From Mycolicibacterium smegmatis (GTDB taxonomy: Bacteria; Actinomycetota; Actinomycetes; Mycobacteriales; Mycobacteriaceae), in NCBI RefSeq assembly GCF_001457595.1, contig NZ_LN831039.1, positions 4,500,001 to 4,532,000 on the forward strand: a stretch of 32,000 nt of DNA, given 5' to 3'. Under the pieces are notes generated by a model, which saw nothing but the letters and a program-made list of their open reading frames with translations, was not told the origin of the DNA and searched no databases. How positions within the stretch are numbered: the first letter of the stretch is position 1; each line of letters opens with the position of its first letter. The position numbers were made by a program, and so were the translations under genes. Positions 9,036 to 18,282 of the stretch are shown here, piece by piece.

Positions 9036-9812
9036 CGGCAGGCTACCGTCGGCGAGGTACTTCTTCTGGACATGTGCGTCGATCCAATCGGCGTAGCGAG
9101 TCGAGAAGATCGTGGCGTCTGGATTGGGCGCGAGGGTGTGATCGTCGATCACCGCGCCGAAGTACGGTGCACCGGGATCGGTCACGACCCGGCGCTGATC
9201 TCCCCGGGCCGCAAGACCGGTACGGACGAAGTCGTCCATGCCGATGACTTCCGGCCCAGCGATCTCGACCACCCCGTTGGCAGGCTGACCGAGTGCAGCA
9301 CGAGCGACGGCTGTGGCGACATCATCGGCCGCGATGGGACGGAACGAGGCATGCGGCAACCTGACAACATCGCCGTCGGTCGCGGAATCGGCCAATCCGA
9401 CCGCAAATTCGTAGAAGGGTGTGGCCCGCACGATGGTGTACGGCCGGCCGGAATCCCTGATCAGGTTCTCCTGGGCCGCCTTCGCGGTGTTGTAGCCGCT
9501 GTCCGGCATGCTCTGCGCACCCACCACCGACAGCACGACGTGATGGGAGACGCCTGCCTGCCACTCGGCCGAGAGCAGGTTCGCGGTGGTGGTGACGAAG
9601 AACCGCATCACCGGGTCGTCGTCGAACACCGGTGAACCGGACACGTCGACCACGACATCCGCGCCCGCGACCGCGGCGGCGAGGCCTTCCCCGGTGAGTG
9701 CGTCGACACCTGAGCGACGGGATGCGGCGGTGACGTCGTGGCCCTGCGCACCGAGCTTCGCCGCCACTTTGGCGCCGATCAGGCCACGACCGCCGATGAC
9801 CACGATCTTCAT
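9021..9812 (-). CDS. NAD(P)-binding NmrA/atypical SDR-like protein
   Basis: MKIVVIGGRGLIGAKVAAKLGAQGHDVTAASRR; VSHHVVLSVVGAQSMPDSGYNTAKAAQENLIRDSGRPYTIVRATPFYEF. Confidence 0.9.
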   Translation of the reverse strand: MKIVVIGGRGLIGAKVAAKLGAQGHDVTAASRRSGVDALTGEGLAAAVAGADVVVDVSGSPVFDDDPVMRFFVTTTANLLSAEWQAGVSHHVVLSVVGAQSMPDSGYNTAKAAQENLIRDSGRPYTIVRATPFYEFAVGLADSATDGDVVRLPHASFRPIAADDVATAVARAALGQPANGVVEIAGPEVIGMDDFVRTGLAARGDQRRVVTDPGAPYFGAVIDDHTLAPNPDATIFSTRYADWIDAHVQKKYLADGSLPSLRR

Positions 9813-9841
9813 GAGAGTCCTTTCACAACCGGTCGAATCAG

Positions 9842-10281
9842 TCAGAGGATTCGCCAGTCGTCGTCGGCCACGATGTGCATGGCCGATTCCTCGGCTGACG
9901 CGGCGCCGCCGTCGATACCGACGTCGTAGGCGCGGTAATCGGAAGTGGAATCAGTCGGGTCGATCTCGAAGGCGAGAAGCCGGCCCGCGCGGGCATCGCC
10001 GACCTGATTGTCGATGGGTTCGCCATCGCTGTCGACGCTGTCACCGATGCCGTCGCCGTCCCAGCGGTCGGTCGTGTCTGGCACCTCGCGGGCCAGACGG
10101 CGCGTCAGACTCTCATGCATACGCGCCTCACGCTCCGTGAGCCCCCACGCACCCAGTTCTCGCGGGCTTTCCGGAGGTGAATAGCCTTCGTCCAGACCGA
10201 TACCGGTCTGCTCGGAGTCCAGGCTCTCCTCAGGTTCGAGGAGATGGCTCGAGACGTCGTCGAATTCAGAAATACCCATCG
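9842..10281 (-). CDS. DUF5709-like hypothetical acidic protein
   Basis: MGISEFDDVSSHLLEPEESLDSEQTGIGLDEGYSPPESPRELGAWGLTEREAR...; acidic, typical GYSPPE segment. Domain name recalled from family knowledge, not searched. Confidence 0.7.
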
Positions 10282-10351
10282 GTGCGGTCTCCGTTTCTTC
10301 TCGCGGTGTGACCGCGCAGAGCGATTGCTGTTTCGAGCATGGGGCGCATGA

Positions 10352-10392
10352 AGGCGAGTTGTCATCACCCTGTGCGCGATTCACCCGGGTGA
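10352..10392 (-). promoter_or_regulatory. Regulatory module, copy S3 (41 bp, spacer 10)
   Basis: Minus strand: TCACCCGGGTGA-ATCGCGCACA-GGGTGATGAC-AAC-TCGCCT; ends 70 bp before the 10281 start. Confidence 0.75.
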
Positions 10393-10407
10393 GCGAATCA
10401 GATGGAG

Positions 10408-10811
10408 TCAGACGTCCACCACGGCCTGCAGAATGTCGAACTCACCGAAAAGCGTTCGGCCACATGAGGGACAGTGAACGACACGCCGCAACAGTCGGTG
10501 CACCCTGGTCGGCGTCATCTTGGCCATGATGCGCCGCGCGGCGTTCTCCAACGCATCGCGGTGATCAGCGCAGACGAAACCACAAGCATTGCCGTACTCG
10601 TCACAGTCGAAGCGCCGGCAATCTCCGACGACATGAAACTCCACGTACGCCACCGCGGTTCTTTCGCAACGAAGCCCTGATTTCGGACATCCCAGCTCGC
10701 ATTGCGTCGCAATGTCGCTGTGCCCGATGACGTCACGGAGGATGTCCGATCGGTTGCCCGGCACGGTCCCGTCGGATATCGGGCCCGGCTCCGGAGATCC
10801 GGTGTTGAAAT
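10408..10811 (-). CDS. Hypothetical small Cys-rich protein (possible zinc-binding)
   Basis: MHFNTGSPEPGPISDG...CELGCPKSGLRC...CRRFDCDEYGNACGFVCADH...HCPSCGRTLFGEF; motif copy S4 directly upstream. Confidence 0.65.
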
Positions 10812-10876
10812 GCATCCACTTCCCCTTCGAGTTCGCTGACCGGACGATGCGGTGTGTCACAGACTTCATTCGGGCA

Positions 10877-10918
10877 GGGCGAACGGTCATCACCCTGACC
10901 TTCCGTTCACCCGGGTGA
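10877..10918 (-). promoter_or_regulatory. 42-bp regulatory module, copy S4
   Basis: Minus strand: TCACCCGGGTGA-ACGGAAGGTCA-GGGTGATGAC-CGT-TCGCCC; ends 65 bp before the 10811 start. Confidence 0.78.
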
Positions 10919-10953
10919 TCAGAGCGAAGTTTGCGCTGAGGCGGTGCCTTTGC

Positions 10954-13233
10954 TCAGAGCAAGCCGAGTTCACGACCGCGGGCAACCGCCGAATTGCGGT
11001 TGTCGACGCCCAGTTTGCGGTAGATGGCCCGCTGGTGGGTCTTCACAGTATTGAGCGAGACGTAGAGTCGCTGACCGATGTCGCGGCGCGACAGCCGGGT
11101 GGCCAACAAACGAAGAACCTCAAGTTCTTTCGATGTCAGGTCCTCGGCGATGTGTTCGTCGTTGTACGCCGCGACCGCCACTCGGCGTCCCTGCCCGGCC
11201 GATCCGATCATGGGGTGCACCGCGACGTTGTCCGGACACCGGCGAAGCAGCGCACCTGCCTCGCTGCGACTTTTCTCGGCCGCTTCCAGATCTCCGAAGT
11301 CGTTCAGTATCTTCGCCCTCACCATCAAGGCCTTTGCGACCTCGAGGATTCCCGCGCCCTTGCGGGCCAGGCCGACCGCCAGATGAGCCGCGTCCGCGGC
11401 AGCGGCCCATTCACCGCTGGCGTACAGGACGACCGACACCGCCAACGACACTGCGACATCGATGAAATTCTGAGTGCCGGCCGGATCGGGGCCCACGCCC
11501 GTTGCCCGGCGAATCAGATGCTCGGCGTCAGCGAGCTGACCGGATTCGGCCTCGATCAGCGCGAGATAACCCAGCGCATACACACGATGGCGTCGGTCCC
11601 CTGTCCTCTCTGTCAGCTCTACGGCACGCTGCAGTTCCGTGCGGGCCTCGTCGATGTCGCCCGAGAAGTACAGGGCGGCCCCGTAGGTGACATGGGCCGC
11701 GGACCGAGCCGGCGGTGCCTCGCCGAATTCAAGGGTGGCCGCTTGGCGGGCCGCGTCGAGCGCATTCGTGACGTCACCAATTTTGAACGCGTAGACCTCA
11801 CGGAGCGCGACCAACTGCTCGGACAGGCCGGCTCGTGCAGAACCCTCGGCGGCCGATACTCCCTCGAGCCCGGCTGCGACCGCTTCGATCCATATCCGCG
11901 CATCGTCGAAAAGGCCGACGTTCAACGCGACCCACGCACGGATGGCACTGAGCCGTGGATCGCCCCTGACGGTGCCCTCGGGCAGAAGGTCGAGCCAGCC
12001 CGACACGGTCGACAGTCCACCGCCGGCCAGTTCGTTGGCCCAGTCCTCGACGATGAGGTCCGCGCTCTCGGCGATGTCTCCGGCGGCCACGAGGTGACGC
12101 AGCGCCTCGTCGACGAGACCCTCGGCCTCGAACCACTTCGCGGCTCGGCGGTGCAGCCCGGGCACGAGTTCGGGTTCGCAACGGTGCAACTCCGCACGCA
12201 GAAGCTCACCGAACAGGTGGTGATATCGATACCAGTGCCGTGACATGTCCAGCGGCACCAGGAAGAGATTTTCGCGCTCCATCTCCTCCAGCACCGATAC
12301 CGAGTCGGAAGACTGCAACACCGCGTCGCACAGCGCACCGTTGAACCGTCGCATCACCGAAGTACGCAGGAGGAAATTGCGAATCCGCGGTGACTGGCGG
12401 TCGAGCACCTCGGCCATAAGGTAATCGACGATATGGCGGTTGTCGCCTGCGAACGTCCTGATGAAGGCCGCTGCCTGCGCGCGCCCGGCGAGCGAGAGTG
12501 CGGCAAGGTAGAGACCTGCGGCCCACCCTTCCGTTCGCCGGTGCAACAGCCGGACATCCTCCTCGGTCAGGTCCAACCCCAGGACATCGTTGAGCAGCTG
12601 ACCGGCCTCGCCGACCCCGAAACGTAGATCGTCGCTGCGCATTTCGACGAGCTCACCGTTGGCACGTAGCCGAGCCAACGGCAGGAGCGGATCTGACCTG
12701 GTGGCCAGAACGACGTGCAGGTTCGCCGGCATCCTGCCGACGGCAAACGCCACCTGCTCGTGGATCGCGCGATTCACCACCATGTGGTAGTCGTCGAGAA
12801 TCAGCACGATCGGACGTGCGACCGCGTCCAGATCGTTCAGCAGGGTGGGCAGGACAACCTGAATCGGATCGGCACCCATGGTCAACAGTTCGACAGCGCG
12901 GGTACCCACACCCGGGCTGATCTTCTGCAGTGCCGCGATGACGTACATCCAGAACCACACGGGGTCGTTGTCGGATGCATCGAGTGACAGCCAGCCGAAT
13001 CGCTGGTCCTTGCCTGCACCCAGCGCCCATTGGGAAAGCAACGTGGTCTTGCCCCATCCCACAGGTGCACTCAGCAGGATCAGCCTGGACCGGCAGCTTT
13101 GCGACAGTGCATCAAGCAGGGCGGTGCGGTGAACGAGCTGACCGGCGATGGCCGGGATGTGCAATTTGGTGGCGAGCAGAACTGCGCGTTCCGTGTCACC
13201 ATGTCCCGCTGCGGGTCCCTCTGAGGCGTCCAT
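10954..13233 (-). CDS. Large LuxR-family (MalT-like) ATP-dependent transcriptional regulator
   Basis: LLSAPVGWGKTTLLSQWAL Walker A, VLILDDYH Walker B, C-terminal LTSKELEVLRLLATRLSRRDIGQRLYVSLNTVKTHQRAIYRKLGVDNRNSAV LuxR HTH. In-frame upstream start at 13447 possible. Confidence 0.93.
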   Translation of the reverse strand: MDASEGPAAGHGDTERAVLLATKLHIPAIAGQLVHRTALLDALSQSCRSRLILLSAPVGWGKTTLLSQWALGAGKDQRFGWLSLDASDNDPVWFWMYVIAALQKISPGVGTRAVELLTMGADPIQVVLPTLLNDLDAVARPIVLILDDYHMVVNRAIHEQVAFAVGRMPANLHVVLATRSDPLLPLARLRANGELVEMRSDDLRFGVGEAGQLLNDVLGLDLTEEDVRLLHRRTEGWAAGLYLAALSLAGRAQAAAFIRTFAGDNRHIVDYLMAEVLDRQSPRIRNFLLRTSVMRRFNGALCDAVLQSSDSVSVLEEMERENLFLVPLDMSRHWYRYHHLFGELLRAELHRCEPELVPGLHRRAAKWFEAEGLVDEALRHLVAAGDIAESADLIVEDWANELAGGGLSTVSGWLDLLPEGTVRGDPRLSAIRAWVALNVGLFDDARIWIEAVAAGLEGVSAAEGSARAGLSEQLVALREVYAFKIGDVTNALDAARQAATLEFGEAPPARSAAHVTYGAALYFSGDIDEARTELQRAVELTERTGDRRHRVYALGYLALIEAESGQLADAEHLIRRATGVGPDPAGTQNFIDVAVSLAVSVVLYASGEWAAAADAAHLAVGLARKGAGILEVAKALMVRAKILNDFGDLEAAEKSRSEAGALLRRCPDNVAVHPMIGSAGQGRRVAVAAYNDEHIAEDLTSKELEVLRLLATRLSRRDIGQRLYVSLNTVKTHQRAIYRKLGVDNRNSAVARGRELGLL

Positions 13234-13443
13234 GTCCGAACTCCACGAATTGAATGAATCCAACGTCAAGGTAGGAATATTCGGCCTTGACGAGTACTGG
13301 GTGAGCGCCCTTTGCCCGACTTTCCAGAGACTTTCTGCCGGGGCGCCGTGGCGCGTTGTCCGCGATGCTCGCGGTGCAGTCATTGAAACAGACGAATCCT
13401 GCGTGATTTCTGGCGGCTCGTACGGGCGGCGCTTGGTGGGCGC

Positions 13444-13530
13444 GCTCATGGCCGTCTGGACACCAGGATGTAGCCGCCGAAGCCGATCACCACCGGCACC
13501 ATCGCCAGCATTCCCAAAAATGTGCTGATC
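13444..13530 (-). CDS. Candidate 28-aa single-TM small protein
   Basis: Manually translated MISTFLGMLAMVPVVIGFGGYILVSRRP*; purine-rich AAAGG/GAGGAAG just upstream; stop overlaps (ATGA) a possible extended start of the LuxR ORF. Confidence 0.4.
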
Positions 13531-13811
13531 ATCTTCCTCAAACCTTTTGTATCGCTGGCGCGTTGGCCTCCTCAACCCATGACACCGCTGCGCACAGATG
13601 GTGAGCGCATCTGCCCATCATCGTTTTCAGCTCCGGGTCGTTGCGCTCCGCGGCTGGATCTCGGGTCGAGCGTCGACGGTTGCAGCGATTCAGAACTCGA
13701 TAATTTCTCTGATGACCACGTTCGCAGCCCCGGGCCGTCGCCACCATCACCCGGGGGGTGATCTTTAGTGCGTCTTCGGCGTATGCCTAGTCGACACGAG
13801 CCGGATATGAG

Positions 13812-16643
13812 TTAATCAGCGCGGTGAATGAACTGCGCCAGTTGAGCCCGCGAAGTGACGCCGAGTTTGGCGAACGCGTTACGGACGTGCGTCTTCACCG
13901 TGTGCGGGGAAAGCTGCAGATGCTCTGCCACGGCCCGGTTGGTCGCGCCCTCGGCGATCAACTGCACGACCGTGAGTTCGGAATCGGTGAGACTGTCCCA
14001 GCCCGTTTTCGCACGTTGGGTTGCCACGACCCGCCGTTCCGCCCCCAGACGACGCAGCGCGCGGCCGACTCGGCGGGCATCAGCTGTCGCTCCGCACTCG
14101 CTGTAGGCGTCGAATGCCGTGTTGAGCTGGTCGAGCGCCTCGGTACCGCGTTGTGCGCGAATCAGTTCGGCGCCGGCATCTGCGGCCGCGCCGGCGTACA
14201 GAAGCGGCCGCGGGAATGCGCGAAGCGATTCCGCAGCACGCACCAGCGCGTCGGCGTCGTGCTCGAGAATGCCGCGGGAATACCCGACCACCGCCCTGAA
14301 CAGCGGCACCGCGGGCCGCTCACGACCGAGCACCTCGGCAGCCTGCAACACCCGCGCACGCAGACCCGCATCACCGGCGGCTGATGCCACCTGCGCGGCC
14401 AGGATCAGCCGGACCAACGCGTGCGGGAAAAGAGGTGTCCCCAGTAGGTTGATGTCGCCGAGCCAGCGCGCTGCCTCGTGGATGTCACCGCGATACCACG
14501 CCGCACGCGCGAGGACGTACGCGCAGGCTCGGCGCTGGCCGGGCGGACCGGTGCAGTGAGCATCGTGCGCATCGTTTGCCGTCTCCAGCAACAGGTTCCG
14601 GTCATCGGAGTGTGCCGCCACCTCGGCAAGGATCAGCATGCGGTGTACGTCCAGTTCCTGCGCGCCGGACGCCTGCGGAGGTGGCAGTGACTCAGCTGCG
14701 CCACGAGCGGCCGACAGGCGGCCCGCCGCGAGATGGACCCATCCGGCGTAGACGGCCCAGTTGTCGAGGACCATCGCGCTGCGTTCCCGGTCGGCTTGCG
14801 CGATGCCCTCGGCGGCCCGGTTCGTCGCGTCGTCCAGTCTTCCGACCACGGCCAGCATGTTTGCGTGGAACATCCCGGCATAGGCATGTGCCAGCGCCGT
14901 TTCATTCGTGTAGGCGATTCCACGAAGCTGTTCGAGGCGGCGCAACGCGCGGACCGCGTAACCCTCACCAGAATCGAGCAGGGCATGGGTGACCTCGGCC
15001 ATGATGATGGCCTCCGGATCACCGGTGGACGCGGCCGCGGCGGCAGCTTCGTCGGCTGCGGTACGTGACTGCGCGTCCTCGTCCTGCAATACCAGGTTGT
15101 AGGCCAGGGATGCCAGATGCCGGGCGCGGGTGAGCTCGCTGATGCCTCTCAATCTCAGCGCTCGGCGGCTCTCCGCCACCCGTTGCGGCGAGCTGTGCTT
15201 GGTCTGCGTCGGTAGCCGCAGCCGGATCTCGGCCTCCACCTCGGGCGACGCCGCATCCGCGAGCGCCATGTCGGCCAGCTCTTCGGCTTCACCGTAGCGG
15301 CTGGCCCGGTTGAGCCAACCCACCGTTTCCGCAATCAGGGATCCGTGTTCGGCGTCGTCGGCTGGCGACAGTTCCAACGCACACCTGCTCAGATCCGCGG
15401 CGGCGCCCGCATCTCCGCGGCCGACTGCCTGCGCGGCTTCTCGCAGTGCGTCGATCGCCTCCCGGTCACCCGGCTCGGCGCTGCGGGCCAGCTGGGTGGC
15501 GACCTCGGCAGGCGCAGCACCCATCCCGAGCATGACCGACGCCGATTGGCGTTCCATCGCCCGCCGCAACGACTTCGGCAACGACTGCCTGGTGGCCTCG
15601 CGCAGGAGATCGTGCCGGAATCTCAACTGTTCACCGTCTTCGATGAAAAGATCTGCGTGCACGGCCTCTTCGAGCGACGACAGCAACGACGTCGGCGATC
15701 GTTCGAGCATCGCGGCCAGCAAGCCCGCGGTGAAGCGGTCCGGCAGTACCGCTGCCACCCGGACCACCTCTGAGGCGCCCTCGGAGAGCAGATCGAGCCG
15801 TTGGTGCATGCTGGCACCGAGACGCCGTGGCAGAGCAAAACCCGAGGCCACCGCACGGCCATCGGAGAGGCCGAGCCGTCCCTCCTCGCCGAGACCGCGG
15901 ACGAGCTCGCTGATCAGGAACGGATTGCCGTGCGCCTTGGCAGCCAGACTCAGCAACGAGGTGTCGGCCCGTGCCCGCACCGCGTCCTGAACCATGTCGG
16001 CAACCGCATCCGGCGTCATCGCCGCCAGTCGCAGGAACGTGGCATCGGTTCGCTGCAACACCGACAACGTCTCCTGCACCGCCTGTCCCCCAGCCCCGGT
16101 GCGGGCCGTGAACACCCACAACACCGGCACATCGATCTCTGTGGTCAGCGACCGCAGCGCCAGCAACGTCGCGTTGTCAGCCCAATGAATGTCTTCGAGC
16201 ACGATCATCAGAGGCGTCTGGGCGGCGGCCGCACGGATCGCGTTGTGCAGATCGTGCACCACCCAGTAGCGCAGGTCTGCCGAGCCACCCAGTTCGCGCA
16301 GCGCCGCCACGTCGCCGATCGGGGGATCGGCGCGCAACGTGGCCATGAACAGCGAGAAGAACGGCACCGTCTGCTGATACTCGAACGCTTCCCCGAACAA
16401 CGTGCGAACCCCGCACTTGTCGGCCAGCCCCAACACCTCGGTCAGCAAGCGACTCTTCCCGATGCCCGGGGGCCCCTCGATCACCAGCACGCCGCCGCGC
16501 CCTCGGGCCGCTGCGGTAATCAGTGCACCGGCAGTTTTCAGCTCATCCGCTCGCCCACGAATCGGCGGCGTGATCAGCCGTTCGCCGCCGACGTCGAAAA
16601 AGTCGGTTGAAGGCCCCACCGGGGTGTCCTGTCTACGGTTCAC
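13812..16643 (-). CDS. Large LuxR-family regulator with AAA ATPase domain (LAL-type)
   Basis: IRGRADELKTAGALI, VLVIEGPPGIGKSRLLTEVL Walker A, LMIVLEDIHWAD Walker B, C-terminal SLTDSELTVVQLIAEGATNRAVAEHLQLSPHTVKTHVRNAFAKLGVTSRAQLAQF HTH; GTG start. Confidence 0.94.
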   Translation of the reverse strand: MNRRQDTPVGPSTDFFDVGGERLITPPIRGRADELKTAGALITAAARGRGGVLVIEGPPGIGKSRLLTEVLGLADKCGVRTLFGEAFEYQQTVPFFSLFMATLRADPPIGDVAALRELGGSADLRYWVVHDLHNAIRAAAAQTPLMIVLEDIHWADNATLLALRSLTTEIDVPVLWVFTARTGAGGQAVQETLSVLQRTDATFLRLAAMTPDAVADMVQDAVRARADTSLLSLAAKAHGNPFLISELVRGLGEEGRLGLSDGRAVASGFALPRRLGASMHQRLDLLSEGASEVVRVAAVLPDRFTAGLLAAMLERSPTSLLSSLEEAVHADLFIEDGEQLRFRHDLLREATRQSLPKSLRRAMERQSASVMLGMGAAPAEVATQLARSAEPGDREAIDALREAAQAVGRGDAGAAADLSRCALELSPADDAEHGSLIAETVGWLNRASRYGEAEELADMALADAASPEVEAEIRLRLPTQTKHSSPQRVAESRRALRLRGISELTRARHLASLAYNLVLQDEDAQSRTAADEAAAAAASTGDPEAIIMAEVTHALLDSGEGYAVRALRRLEQLRGIAYTNETALAHAYAGMFHANMLAVVGRLDDATNRAAEGIAQADRERSAMVLDNWAVYAGWVHLAAGRLSAARGAAESLPPPQASGAQELDVHRMLILAEVAAHSDDRNLLLETANDAHDAHCTGPPGQRRACAYVLARAAWYRGDIHEAARWLGDINLLGTPLFPHALVRLILAAQVASAAGDAGLRARVLQAAEVLGRERPAVPLFRAVVGYSRGILEHDADALVRAAESLRAFPRPLLYAGAAADAGAELIRAQRGTEALDQLNTAFDAYSECGATADARRVGRALRRLGAERRVVATQRAKTGWDSLTDSELTVVQLIAEGATNRAVAEHLQLSPHTVKTHVRNAFAKLGVTSRAQLAQFIHRAD

Positions 16644-16705
16644 CGGACTGCCACTTCAGTGAGCCAGTCTAGGCCTTTTGATCACCGTCCCGAACACCGC
16701 ACGTG

Positions 16706-16747
16706 TCACCCGGGTGGTCTCGCCGCGGGGATGATGACGGTTCACCC
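16706..16747 (+). promoter_or_regulatory. 42-bp regulatory module, copy S5
   Basis: TCACCCGGGTGG-TCTCGCCGCGG-GGATGATGAC-GGT-TCACCC, oriented toward the 16864 start; its palindromic end lies 62 bp upstream of the divergent LuxR gene start at 16643. Confidence 0.75.
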
Positions 16748-16863
16748 CGTGCGGCGGCAAGCTCAGTCGACGAAACACTGCCGCCCGCGAAGCAACGCCG
16801 TGGCGGACGTCCACGCGTCACCGGGCACCGGGCTCTCCGGCTCGTCGAGATCAAGGAGTTCAT

Positions 16864-18282
16864 ATGCGCCCAGCCAGAATTGTGATCGTCGGTAGCGGAT
16901 TCGCCGGCTTCGAATGCGCACGCCGGCTGAGCAAACAGCTGAAACGGCACCGATCCGAGGCAGTCGTGACCCTCATATCTCCGGTCGACTACCTGCTGTA
17001 CACCCCGCTTCTGCCCGAGGTTGCCGGTGGCGCAACAGATCCACGCTTCGCCACCGTGCCCCTGAACGACAGGCTCCCGGAAGTCCAGTTCATCCGCGCC
17101 TATGTCGATTCGGTGGACTTGTCCGCGCGTTCGCTGCGCTGTCGCGATCAGGAGAACATGTCCCACGAGCTTTCGTGGGATCGCCTCGTCCTGACCCCTG
17201 GCTCGATCAGTCGCCTGTTCGACATCCCCGGACTCGCCGAACATGGACGCGGGCTCAAATCGACGGCGCAGGCGCTTTTTCTGCGCGATCACATCATCGA
17301 ACAGTTCGAACTGGCACGCATCGACGAGGACCGTGAACGCGCGAACGCGCGTAAGACGGTGGTGGTTGTCGGATCTTCATATTCCGGAACGGAACTCATC
17401 GCACAGCTGTGCGCGATGGCTTCGGTGGCGGTGCACGACTTCGGATTCGAGCCCGGCGACGTACGACTGATCCTGGTGGAGCGTTCGGGACGGTTGATGC
17501 CCGAAATCGGGCCTGCGCTGGCAGTTCGCGCCGAACACGTGCTCAAACGGCGCGGCGTACGGTTCCTCACCGGTGTCACACTGTCTCGGGTCGCTGCCGA
17601 CCACGTCATCCTGAGCGACGGAACCCGCATCGGCACCTACACCGTCGCGTGGGTTGCCGGAGTCGTCGCCAGCCCGCTGATCACGGCCACGGGCCTGCCG
17701 ACCGAGAAGGGCAGGCTCAAGGTGGGTCCTGATCTGCAGGTCCCCGGTTTCGACGGCGTCTTCGCAGGCGGCGATGCCGCAGCGGTACCCGATGTCACCA
17801 ATCCCGGGACGATAACGCCGCCGACGGCCCAACACGCCACCAGGCAAGGCAAAATTCTGGCCCGAAACGTCGCCGCAAGCCTCGGCTACGGCAGCGCGCG
17901 CGAGTATCGGCACCGCGATCTCGGGACCGTTGTTGACCTGGGTCCCGGGTTCGCCGTCGCCAATCCTCTCAACATCCCGCTCTCCGGGTTTCTGGCGAAA
18001 CTCGTGACCCGCGCCTACCACCTGTACGCCATTCCGCGTAACGCCAACCGGTGGGCAGTGGCGCTCGGGTATCTCACCAACGTCCTGTTCGGGCGGCCAT
18101 TGGTGTCGATCGGCTTCGCCCAGCCGTCGTGGGCACAGTTTTCCGCGAGCGAGGAGTTCATGACCGCACCCACGGCGACGCAGCCACTCGACGAGCAGAT
18201 GTACACCGACGACCTCCGCTTCCAGGAAGCTTCCGCCGACCGGGCCTCGGCGCCGGGCGATCGGGCCAGAAAGGCAACATGA
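16864..18282 (+). CDS. NAD(P)/FAD-dependent oxidoreductase, type II NADH dehydrogenase-like
   Basis: RIVIVGSGFAGFECARRL, YLLYTPLLPEVAGG, VVVVGSSYSGTELIAQL, FAGGDAA, PPTAQHATRQGKILARNV. Confidence 0.92.
   Translation: MRPARIVIVGSGFAGFECARRLSKQLKRHRSEAVVTLISPVDYLLYTPLLPEVAGGATDPRFATVPLNDRLPEVQFIRAYVDSVDLSARSLRCRDQENMSHELSWDRLVLTPGSISRLFDIPGLAEHGRGLKSTAQALFLRDHIIEQFELARIDEDRERANARKTVVVVGSSYSGTELIAQLCAMASVAVHDFGFEPGDVRLILVERSGRLMPEIGPALAVRAEHVLKRRGVRFLTGVTLSRVAADHVILSDGTRIGTYTVAWVAGVVASPLITATGLPTEKGRLKVGPDLQVPGFDGVFAGGDAAAVPDVTNPGTITPPTAQHATRQGKILARNVAASLGYGSAREYRHRDLGTVVDLGPGFAVANPLNIPLSGFLAKLVTRAYHLYAIPRNANRWAVALGYLTNVLFGRPLVSIGFAQPSWAQFSASEEFMTAPTATQPLDEQMYTDDLRFQEASADRASAPGDRARKAT

Noticed and set aside
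7736-9247. 503-aa plus-strand ORF
   Set aside because: It is an alternative frame of the MFS gene with an Arg/Gly/Pro-rich shadow translation.
10852-12243. 463-aa plus-strand ORF opposite the LuxR regulator
   Set aside because: It is antisense shadow of a well-supported gene; codon-position GC artefact.
13745-13763. Motif-like TCACCCCCCGGGTGATGG (minus strand) upstream of the small peptide and MalT-like regulator
   Set aside because: It has only a partial resemblance: the central palindrome is 3 bp too long and there is no second GGGTGATGAC/TCACCC block at the fixed spacing, so it is not counted as an eighth module copy.
15801-16610. 269-aa plus-strand ORF opposite the LAL regulator
   Set aside because: It lies antisense to the conserved ATPase domain coding sequence and has no independent support.
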